Translations under genes and position numbers: made by a program
Assembly (NCBI GenBank): GCA_051294375.1
Contig: CM119271.1
Location: forward strand, 5,693,991-5,757,990
Direction: 5' to 3'
Source: Paraspadella gotoi
Lineage: Eukaryota > Animalia > Chaetognatha
DNA: 64,000 nucleotides
Part shown: piece by piece, positions 53,859 through 64,000 of the stretch
How positions within the stretch are numbered: position 1 is the stretch's first letter
Layout of the letters: the number at the start of each line of letters is the position of its first letter
The notes under the pieces: model-generated
Database searches by the model: none
What the model was told of the DNA's origin: nothing
What the model saw: only the letters and a program-made list of their open reading frames with translations

Positions 53859-53919
<61 letters not shown>

Positions 53920-54046
53920 GAGAGACGAGAGAGAGAGAAGATAAAGCGTTGATTTTCCCAGATTTAAAGGGAATGACACGACAAGAAAAAACGTGAATCG
54001 ATGAAGTGTTGCTTTATCGTATATAAAAAAAAAAAAAAAAAAAAAA
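46909..54046 (+). repeat. Direct repeat pair 46909-47042 and 53938-54046, each following an (AG)n tract
   Basis: ataaagc(g)ttgattttcccagattta...aaaaaacgtgaatcgatgaag...poly(A) is present at both sites. Confidence 0.85.
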
Positions 54047-54352
54047 GACGAGCGTCGGTTATCGCTTGGTGGAGTCTTCGTTGCAAAGAATTAAAATTAG
54101 AGCGTCATTAGAAATTGTTTCGCAAAAGAAATGACGATTAATGAAGATTACTTTGCGTTTGTAGGAGATCATAAAAATGGTGAAAATTCGTGCGGAAAAA
54201 AAAACCCGCTTTTTTCAGTCTTTACCGATTCAATGCAGTACAATTAGAAGACGAGGTTTTGAAATTTGAAGCCTTTTATTTTTAAAATCGGTTCTCGACC
54301 TTTCAAGTTTTTTTTCCCTGGGAGTTTTTCGGGTTTCAAAAAAAAATACAAC

Positions 54353-54407
<55 letters not shown>

Positions 54408-57248
54408 CAAAAACCACATGTCCAGAAGGAAGATATTGAACATTGGCAATAAACTAAAATTATATAAAAGAGTTATTTTTTTTAAATTAAGGTCTAGGTT
54501 ATAAAGACAAAGAATATTATAATAAGTGAATTGTTTTTAGAAATATTTGGAGCTAAAAAAAAGTTGGTGGGAAAAAAATTTGTAGTCAAAAAGTCAAGCG
54601 GCGATAACGATGTCATCACGTAACACAAATTTTCACACAAAGAAAAACAAAGTGAGAGAATGAGAGAAAGAGAAAAAAAAGAGATAGAAAGAGAGAGAGA
54701 GGGAGAGAGAGAGAGAAAGAGAAAGACAGAAAGAGAGAGAGAGAAAGAAAGAGTGAGATAGAGAAAGAGAGAGAGAGAAAATGAAAGAGGAGAGAGAGAG
54801 AGACAGAGACAAAGACAACGAGAGACAGAGAGAGATTCGAGATGTGAGATAATAAAAAAAAAAGAAAAAAATTATAATGAAAAAAAGTTTTAGTTGCAAA
54901 AATCAAACAAGAAAAAGATTGAAGCGGAGATGAAAAGATAAAAGGACCGGGGGAAGGGACCTCCCAGCCTCCTTCTGAGGTGATGGAAGAAGCACAGTGA
55001 TCCTCTCCTCCGTTCGTCCTCTCTGTCTCTCGTCTCCTTCTCCTTCTCTCTGCTCGCTCTCCCTCCCTGCGCCTCACCGTCCGATCGCCGCCCGTCGTGC
55101 TACGCCTGCCTCGTCTCTCGCCCCCGGAGCAGTGGCTGTCCGTGATCTCGGGCGCCTCTGAACGCATTTGCCGAGTCGGTGCTCATGACGCAGCGTAGTA
55201 CTTCGAGGCGGACACGCAGGTCGTGACAAATGGGAGTACTAGACGTGGAGTTTCAGAGCCGACTGTGATGCGAAGGTGTTGATATGGAGTGAGTAGGTGA
55301 TGTGAGCGGTCTGTGGTAAAAAGGACGAGGTTATGGTCCAGATGAGCTGACGTATGGGGGGTAAGAGGTTCTTAGTGTGTGGTGGTGGAGGGATAGGGTA
55401 GTGGCGTAGGTGTGAGGAGGAAATGCGCGGAGGGGCGTCAGGGGTGAGATAGAATCTGATTGGCCGGGGTGAGCGGTTAACACAATGTTAGCCTACAGAG
55501 CATGCTTAGAAGCTGATAGGGGAATGACGCCGTTTGATGGAGTGATGCTGGGGAATGGTTTGAGTGTTGAAGGCGGGCAGAGAGCAAGCGAGCGTGCTGC
55601 AGCGCCTCCGCACGGTCTCTGTCGTCGTCCTCTGTTTGCTCCGGAATCCCCTCTTTTTTACTTCATTATTCCTTTTTTTTTTGCCTCAGAGCCTTTGTGT
55701 GCGAGTGGAATAAAGAAGGGGGGCGGCCTGAGGAGTGAGAGAATGAGTGGGAACTTGAATAAGAGGAGAGAAGAGAAGAGAGAGAGAGAGGAAGAGGAGA
55801 GAGAGAGACGAGAGAGAGAGAAGAAGCTTTCGGTCGAGATTCTGGGCGTCGATTAGAAGTATGCGCATTTCCGGGCGCACGCCGGTGGGAGTTGCGAAGA
55901 GTCTATGGTTCCTAATGGGTTGATGGGCGCCAGACCGGTAACATCAGCCAGCTCAAGAGTTGGTTGCCGGAGAATTTATTATTCCGGGTTCTGTCGGATT
56001 TGTCAATAGGACACGTAGTGGTACGTTCCGTTGTCGTCCGGCCAACGGTAAAAAAGATAGCGCCCAGCTCGTGGCATTACTCGGGGGGGGGGGGAATGGC
56101 GGATTTTCCTCGTCAAGTTTCATATAGAAATGAGTGTATCAAATCGTGTCTGGAGAAAAGAATTTAAAACACATTAAGGAGGAAACTTCAATTGAAAGTC
56201 AGCTATTACTGAAACGGTCACAATTCACTCTCCTCGCCGACATGTGGACTCNNNNNNNNNNNNNNNNNNNNNNNNNGAGAGAGAGAGAGAAGCTTTCGGT
56301 CGAGATTCTGCGTCGATTAGAAGTATGCGCATTTCCGGGCCACCGTGGGAGTTGCGAAGAGTCTATGGGTCCTATNNNNNNNNNNNNNNNNNNNNNNNNN
56401 TGAATTGAATGTTTTCCTCCTTTAATTTTGGTTTTTTAAATTCCTTTTGTTGTCATAAAAAAGTCAGCTATTAACGAAACCGGTCAACAATTCATCTCCG
56501 ACATTGACCGACAGACCGTCCCGACCGGCACCGTCTAGTTTATTACGGTCACCGTAGAAACGAATTAAAAAACGGAATCATTGGTTCATTCAGTTTCCGT
56601 TCAAGCGGAAAAAATCGTCAACTCGGTCGGAGTGCGCGCGAGCGGTCGCCTTTGTTCGCGTCTCGGAAACGTTTACGTCTCAGACTCGGACGCGTGTACG
56701 TCTCGCCGATAATCAAGGAAAAGGTTTACGGGGCCGACTTCTATCGCGTTAACAACCACCGATCGTTCGGGGTTTCATCCTCAAGCCTAATTCTAAGATG
56801 TTCCGCGGGCATTAACTTTCAGTTAACGTGATCTCAGTTTGTTTTTTTTTTCACGTAACTATGCAAATATGAAGCATATGCACCATAGTGCAGTTTCTAA
56901 ATACAGTTTATTTTCCAGTAGAAAAGATTTTGTATAATATAAGTCAAGCTCGTGTAAACGCAAATGAAACACACTCACCGACAGAGCGACCAAAAAGTGA
57001 CCAATAGAGGCAGCTCGCGCCGCAAACTCGTAAACATTGGCTTCCGGAATTTGGACGGGCGGATTCGATCATCGGCCATTTGCCCGGATTTTGCCTTCGA
57101 GAACGAAGCCGACGCCGCAGCGAGGTAAGTTTATAAAAACGGATAAACTGAAGGCGGTCAGCTGCGGCGAAGCGTCACCTGGCTCAGGGTTTATATAGCG
57201 AGGCCCGACTACAGACAGGGATAAGTCTATAAAGCCTGGACCACGTCT

Positions 57249-57314
<66 letters not shown>

Positions 57315-58382
57315 CCTGCATGATGGATTTCCGGGTAAGGAAAAAGGCGCGTCGGGGGGTTAGTCGATAAAACGGATGAAGCTTTACGGCGAATCGAATG
57401 TTCAGCGGCGGAGATTATTTTTTAAGACATCAAAGGCGAATGGGGTCGAGGTGTTATCGCTGCTCTCCCGCCCCTTGCCAAAATAAAAATGGCCCCATGC
57501 GCCCGAGAAAAGATGTCTCTCTCAGCTTTTTGTTAATCTTCTATCCTCTCGTGTTTTCGATCTGCCGATAAGATTTTTTCGAATTCAGTCGCATGTGTTG
57601 AAGATGTCCTCGTGGCCATTAACTAGGATTTCTAGGGGGGGGGGAAGCAAAGTTGGGGGCCAAAACTCGAGCCAGTTTCTTGACGGGGACGACCACTTCG
57701 ATGAATTCACCGCTGGCCACTAGGGAGGCCTCTGAGGAGGCAATTGGGGAGGCCTCTCAGGAAGCCATGCGTCGTTGTAAAGCCTCTGGATAAGATTACC
57801 GCGAATGAGTGAGAGAGAGAGACATCGCAGTTAGGAGAAGTTTCATAATGAATTTATTTCATGTCCTTTGCTATCGCAAACTTATTAATTATAAATTTCT
57901 ATAATGAGTCGTTTGAATCAGACGATCCAACCGCTCGCCCACTTCCGGCAACTTGCCGTGTAACTCAACCCGCTCATCGTCGCCTCATTCGCGCCTTCTA
58001 ACAAAAAGCGCGCGAATAGAAGATCTTGGTTCGACTCTTAGCAATACGTGTAACTCGATCTCGGGCGGACTATAAAAAAAAAGGAAGGCAAAAGCTATAA
58101 GAATGTGGATCCTCAGCTTGTTAGGAAAAAAAAAAGGAAAAAAATATCCAGAACAAAAAAAAAAAGGTTCAGCTTTTGAAGGAATCAAGAGAATAAGAGG
58201 CTCTCTTGTTCGGGCAAGTCCGCGTTCGAAGAGGGCATCGGTACGGACCTGTCACGACGTGAAAAGTGAAAAGTGAAAATCAAGGGAACGTCGATAGGAT
58301 CACCATTCACCATTCACCAATCGGATCTCTACGGTCTACGCCTTTTTCTTACAAAATCTTTCAAAAAAGTGACTTGGGTTAC

Positions 58383-58577
58383 TTTTACTTTCGCCGACCG
58401 CGGTTAGGGAATGGTGAGGATTAATAGTAGTTTAAGGGTGGTTTAGGGTCAGGGGGAGTTAGGATTAAGAGGGTTTAGTGTTAGGGTAATATTTTTTTTT
58501 TTAAATGTTTTTAAAAAATAAACATTTTTAAGTCATTTTTCAAAAAGCCGTCAAAACCGCGGTCGGTGAAAGTAAAA
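58383..58577. mobile_element. MITE with 23-bp TIRs and a TTAGGG-like interior
   Basis: TTTTACTTTCGCCGACCGCGGTT ... AACCGCGGTCGGTGAAAGTAAAA (one mismatch), with degenerate ggttaggg repeats inside. Confidence 0.6.
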
Positions 58578-59763
58578 TTTAGCCGACGACTTTTTTTTTT
58601 TTTTTCAGTGCCGTGAAAAAAAAAAGCGCAGGAAATCCCAAATATCCTCGAGGCGAATTACGTACGAACGATCGAACATTCCAATTGATTCGACGACGAC
58701 CGAAACTCCCGTCTCACGCAGCGTCGTTGGCAATAACGAAAAACCCATTCGTGAAAATTATGATTAGTTAATCAACGACAACGAATACAAAAGTAAAAAA
58801 AAAGGAAATTACCACCCAAATATCTCGAGTTCTTCCCCTCCTCTTCCGCTCCTCCCTCCCTTTCTTCCTCCCGCTCCTCCTCCTCGAATGAAGAGTAGTA
58901 ACGTCACGTCAAACTCAATTGTAGAGAGGGGACAAACGTGGGAAAATGTCGCCCGGTGGGGGAAAAGAAAATTTACATAAAGTTACAATTATGTTGAGCG
59001 TTACGATTAACATTGATAATGGAAAAAAAATTTTTACGGTTAGAGAACCAATAAATATTATAGGGCCGGGGATAAGAATTTGTATATAGTGTAGCGCCGC
59101 GAATACGCAGTTTGTTTTTGTTGTGACGCTTAATTTATTTTAATTATTATTTCAGGCTATGTTCCGTATAAAAAAAACGAATAAAATGTAGCCAAAAGAT
59201 TTATTTATCGTCCGTTTAATATAAGAATAATAAGTTGAACACGGGGTTTGTTTTTTTTTTTCGTTCAAAAATAATAAATATTCAAGTGAAGAAAAGGGTA
59301 TTGTTTGTTTCCGCGGCCTAAAAAAAAAGATTAAAAATCCATCCGAAGGAGAAAAAAAATCGATTTGCGGTTTGTTTTAAGAAGTAAAAATCGGATATTC
59401 GCGGTTTTATTTTTTCTTTTGTTTCTTTTTTGTGTGTGAGCGAGCGTTGAAGGAAATATTTCTTTTGAGGTTCTAAATATCCCTTTTTTTTTCGCCGTGT
59501 GTGTGAAATTTCTTGAAACGGTACTAGGTACAACCATAAGTCTGGGTCCCAGGAAGTCCGGCGGGCACAGAGAGAGAGCGAGAGGAAGAGGAGGAGGGGG
59601 AATGGGAGGAAGAGGAAGCGGAGGAGGAGGAGACCCCGAGGGTGAGGACGAGTTGGAAGAGAGAAAGAAGAGAGAGAGAGAGAGAGAGATCGAAGAATAC
59701 GCCTCCCGACTTTTTTTTAACTGCGTGAAATACATAACCAGAAAATTAAAAAGGGAATCTCTC

Positions 59764-59808
<45 letters not shown>

Positions 59809-60414
59809 ATCTCCTCTCCATGTGTAGGAAAGATGGAAATCTTGCCGATAGCGTATAGCGAAGAAAGGCGGATTTGTTTTTCATTTGAATCTGCGTCGCT
59901 CTTTCTTCTCTACTTTCTCTCTTCTCTCTCTCTTCTCTCTCTCTCTCTCTCTCTCCTCCTCTCTCTCTCTCTCTCTCTTCTCTCTTGGCTCGCCTCTCTC
60001 ACTCTCTTTTCTATATCAATTCTCTTAAATTCCCATCACCAAAAATAGATCCACGTATAAAAGAATTTGGCAGTCAATTGTAAAAAAACAAACCCACACA
60101 AAAACTTAAATTGACAGTTAAATTTCCTATGACGAAATTTTAAATTTATTCTCGTATAATCTAGTATAGANNNNNNNNNNNNNNNNNNNNNNNNNTCCCA
60201 TCACCAATAGAATCCACGTATAAAAGATTTGCAGTCAAATTGTAAAAAACAAACCCACACAAAAACTTAATTGACAGTTAAATTTCCTCATGACGAAAAT
60301 TTTAATTTATTCTCGTATAATCTAGTATAATTAACGACGATTTAGTTAATTCTTACTAAGAATCTTAGTTTTGTTTTTGTTTTTTTAAGATTTGACAATA
60401 GTAGGTATAGGAAA

Positions 60415-62275
60415 TATACGTATTTTTCAAATTTTCCTTCTCTGTTTCAAATAATATATTTTTCACTCTGATAGTGATAATGAATGGAATAACCGTTCGA
60501 ACTATTTGAGACCAAAAAAAATTATCATAAAACTAGTAATTTTAATAATTAATATCAAAGTTTTTATTTTCAATTTTCCAATTTACACACCACTCTATTT
60601 CAAACCATTATTCACTTTCTCAATAAACATTGCGAAGACATTTCGACATGACGAACGGGATAAAATGTTTGGCATTTCAAGAATGCCTTTTTGTTTTTTA
60701 ACCGAATCTGCTTATCGCAGATCTCGGCTCTGTAATCCACTTTGTCGGTCCGTCGGTCCCACCCACAAATATTGTCGGTATATAATTTAAATCATATCAA
60801 AAACTCTAATTATAAAAAAATTAAGTAAAAAAAATTGTTATCTGTCCGTCGGTCCGTTCATTCATCGACCATTAGCTTTCAACGCCAATTACTCATGAGT
60901 GGATTGGGCGATTGAATTTTAATTTTGTGTGTGAGTAAATAAGTATGTGATTAAGCTGGAAATCAAATTTCAATAGAAAACTTTATTAAGCAACTTTAAA
61001 AACCCCAAACAAGATAAAAGTAATAAAAAATGATGCGGCCTATCATATATTAATTTATAGCCGGGGTCACCCTATTAATTAAATATAACCCGACAATTTG
61101 GAATCTTTAGGAAGTCTACCGCCACAAAAACCCGCACTCGAATGGCATTCAATATTACCCACATCGTCAGATTCGCCTCTTTGAGAGTTTTTCAAGTAGG
61201 TGGCGCCGATCCTCATCAAACAAATGACAAACGTCAGATTTGATTCTAGAAGAAAGAAGATTTTATAAGAATACGGGACTTCGAAAAAAAAATTTCATTA
61301 GCCATTCAGGTTTCAATAAAAAAAAGAATTCATTTATGCAAATAAGCTAAAAGAGAGAGATACAATTTGTATTTTTCAAATTTTCCTTCTCTGTTTAAAT
61401 ATATATTTTCAACTCTGATAGTGATAATGAATGGAATAACCGTTTCGAACTATTTGAGACGCAAAAAAATTATCATAAACAGTATTTTAAATAATTAATA
61501 TCAAAGTTTTTATTTTCAATTTTCCAATTTACACACCAACTCTATTTCAAACATTATTCACTTTCTCAATAAACATATTGCGAAGACATTTCGACATGAC
61601 GAAGGATAAAATGTTTGGCATTTAGAATGCCTTTTTGTTTTTTTAAACCGAATCTGCTTATCGCAGATCTCGCTCTGAATCCACTTTTGTCGGTCCGTCG
61701 GTCCCACCAAAAATTTGTCGGTATATAATTTAAATCATATCAAAAACTCTAAATTATAAAAAAATTAAGTAAAAAATTGTTATCTGTCCGTCCGTCGTTC
61801 ATTCATCGGCCATTAGCTTTCAACGCCAATTACCATGAGTGGATTGGGCGATTAGAATTTTAATTTTGTGTGTGAGTAAATAAGTTGTGATTAAGCTGGA
61901 AATCAAATTTCAAATAGAAAAACTTTATCAAGCAACTTTAAAAAAACGCCAAACAAGATATAAGTAATAAAAAATATATTAATTTATAGCCGGGGTCACC
62001 ATATTAATTAAATATAACCCGACAATTTGGAATCTTTGGGAAAGTCTACCGCCACAAAAAACCCGCACTCGAATGGGCATTCAATATCCACATCGTCAGA
62101 TCGCCTCTTTGAGAAGTTTCAAAGTAGGTGGCGCCGATCCTCATCAACAAATGACAAACGTCAATTTGATTCTAGAAGAAAGAAGATTTTATAAGAATAA
62201 ATCGGGACTTCGAAAAATTTCATTAGCCATTTCAGGTTTCAATAAAAAAAAGAATTCAATTTTATGCAAATAGCT
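60415..62275 (+). repeat. ~950-bp tandem duplication (60415-61350 / 61365-62275)
   Basis: Both copies start gtatttttcaaattttccttctctg and end tttatgcaaata(a)gcta; they differ mostly by homopolymer indels. Confidence 0.85.
60692..60975 (+). mobile_element. Helentron-associated/DINE-1-like element, copy 3 (duplicated at 61638-61918)
   Basis: TTTTTTAA-CCGAATCTGC-ttatc-GCAGATCTCGG hairpin, then GTCC/GTCG repeats and acgccaattactcatgagtgg; reverse complement of copies 1 and 2. Confidence 0.6.
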
Positions 62276-62306
62276 AGCATAAATCTGTAGGTATTCTAAC
62301 AAAGAG

Positions 62307-62339
<33 letters not shown>

Positions 62340-62364
62340 NNNNNNNNNNNNNNNNNNNNNNNNN

Positions 62365-62401
<37 letters not shown>

Positions 62402-64000
62402 AAAATGCGTGGGAACTTGAAACCTTTTGTGGTTTTAGAAGGGATACTTTTAAGAGCATGTATCCCTGTGTGCGTTTGTTTGTAGGGTCAAAGTTCAAAA
62501 TAACCCCCGCTAAGCCCCCCCCCTTGTTAAGCCCTTCCCGCACATAACACTTTGATAACCTTTATTTAAACCTTTTATTTTCGCTAAAATCTGATCTTCG
62601 GCGTTTGCTGGGACGACGGATCACGTTTGTATGGGGCATTATTTTCCAAGGGTGCCCCATTTAGATTTCTAATCTTCCATTCTTCTGCTCTTCTCCTGCC
62701 CCTCCTCTTCATTCTCCATCCTTCCAATGCTAAACTCGTAACGCCCAACAATCAAATTCAATTCACACAGACTCGACTCGGGGCTTCCGAGTCGATCGCT
62801 TTCTTTCTTTCTCTCTCTCTCTCACGCTCAAGTTACAAGGTAGCTTTGCTGTTCATACTGATCGGCAGAGATGTTCTGCCGTTTGATATAAAGATTTAAA
62901 CACTTGAATGAAACATCTTAAGAAAGGGAAGCCGTCAGGCCTCAGTGTCAGAAGCACTTCTCTGCAGTTCAACGTCCAATCACTGAAAAATATCTAGCTA
63001 AAAAAACACCCATCCCTCGAAGAATCCCTATTCGCCCATCACAAATGTATACCAACATAAGGTAGCCCTCCGATCCCGATTCCCACCACACGCAAATCGC
63101 AGCCACCTCGCAGCCCACTCGTTAAAATCGAGGTAGCGTCCCGTAAAATCGAGATTCTCCTAAACAAGACTGCGTACTTCCCACACTTAGATTTCCCCCA
63201 CCAATCTCCGAGGCTTGAGAACGAAGCAACTTTCTCTCCGCCCCCGCTTTACCCCCGAGCTCCCTCCTCACTCCCACCACTTCGAAAATCTCAGAAGCCC
63301 GCCGCCTTTCATTCCTCAAAAATAAACAAAAAATGTGAATTTTGTGGCGGCCGAATCGGCCGGGACGATTCACACCGCAGACAAACTGACGTCGGTCGCA
63401 GCCAAATTCGAGATCTCTCTCTCTCTCTCTCATCACTCTTTCTTTCTCCTCTTTTATTATTCACTCTGAATTTAGTTAGAGAAGCGTTTCATAGATTTCC
63501 ACAACACGAAGAGAGAATCCGCTGATAATTTTTTTTTAAATTAAAATATTTTAGTTTTATTTTTTTAAATCTAACTATTATTACTATATATTATCTTTTC
63601 TTTTTTTTCCTTTTTTTTTTTTCCTTTCGTCCCCCTCACACATTTTGGTCCCTTTTTTTCCTATATTTTTTTTATTTCTTTTTCCTTTTTGGTGTTTCAC
63701 TTGCTTCTCTGCGCTTTCTTTCTCTCACCACATTGACTCTCACCAATCATAGCTCCTATATTTTATTCATTTTTCTTTTCTTCCTATATTTCTTTTATCG
63801 CACTCTGTCTCTCTCTCCCTCCTCTCTACGCTTTCTCTCCACTTCTTCGACGATTCCCCGCCTCCCGATCGACTCCTCTCTTCGTCCTCCTTCCTCCTCC
63901 TCTTCCTCCTCCTTTCTCTTCCCCCTTTTCTTCCCTCTCGTCCTTTTACATTCCACTTTTTTCATTTTTTACTTTTTTCTCTCTCTCTCTCACATCACCT

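Noticed and set aside
54940-55760. GC-rich stretch with ORFs 54616-55167 and 55485-55856
   Set aside because: No recognisable protein or splice pattern; it resembles low-quality read sequence between AG tracts, as does 50960-51170, whose mirror is a plain (CT)n tract.
56150-56510. Apparent ~50-bp micro-inversion between two gap-flanking copies
   Set aside because: Both copies are error-rich and adjacent to N-gaps, so it cannot be distinguished from an artefact.
60415-62275. Tandem duplication as a biological event
   Set aside because: The copies differ mainly by homopolymer indels and lie between N-gaps, typical of redundant gap filling. The same applies to 60035-60170/60196-60330, 55810-55915/56280-56375 and 1312-1336/1350-1374.

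Overview
Eukaryotic, most likely invertebrate metazoan, draft-assembly DNA. Introns are AT-rich and exons GC-rich, with abundant (AG)n and (GAC)n microsatellites, N-gaps and several error-rich patches that look like long-read fill. Two multi-exon genes could be threaded by hand with consistent GT-AG phases. (1) A 13-exon + strand gene (5854-13459, ~526 aa) encoding an unrecognised coiled-coil protein, with an RFX X-box-like promoter and a 15-nt microexon. (2) A 40-exon - strand gene (40787-17616, ~2450 aa) encoding a DUF4062-NACHT-TPR protein of the TTC41/nephrocystin-3-like class; one exon needs a 1-nt correction. It has a degenerate Walker B motif, a ~1100-aa Ser/Pro-rich tail, and an 18-copy 69-bp tandem array of one exon end plus its splice donor. 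Upstream of it, a ~5.7-kb segment bounded by inverted (CT)n/(AG)n tracts appears in both orientations (41084-45764 vs 47068-53862). One orientation would place an ETS/E-box promoter and an ATG on the gene's 5' exon, so this is either a real inversion polymorphism or, more likely, a misassembly. The remainder is Helentron/DINE-like elements, MITEs, tRNA-SINE-like remnants, palindromes and satellites. No prokaryotic features, CRISPR arrays, rRNA or intact tRNA were found.
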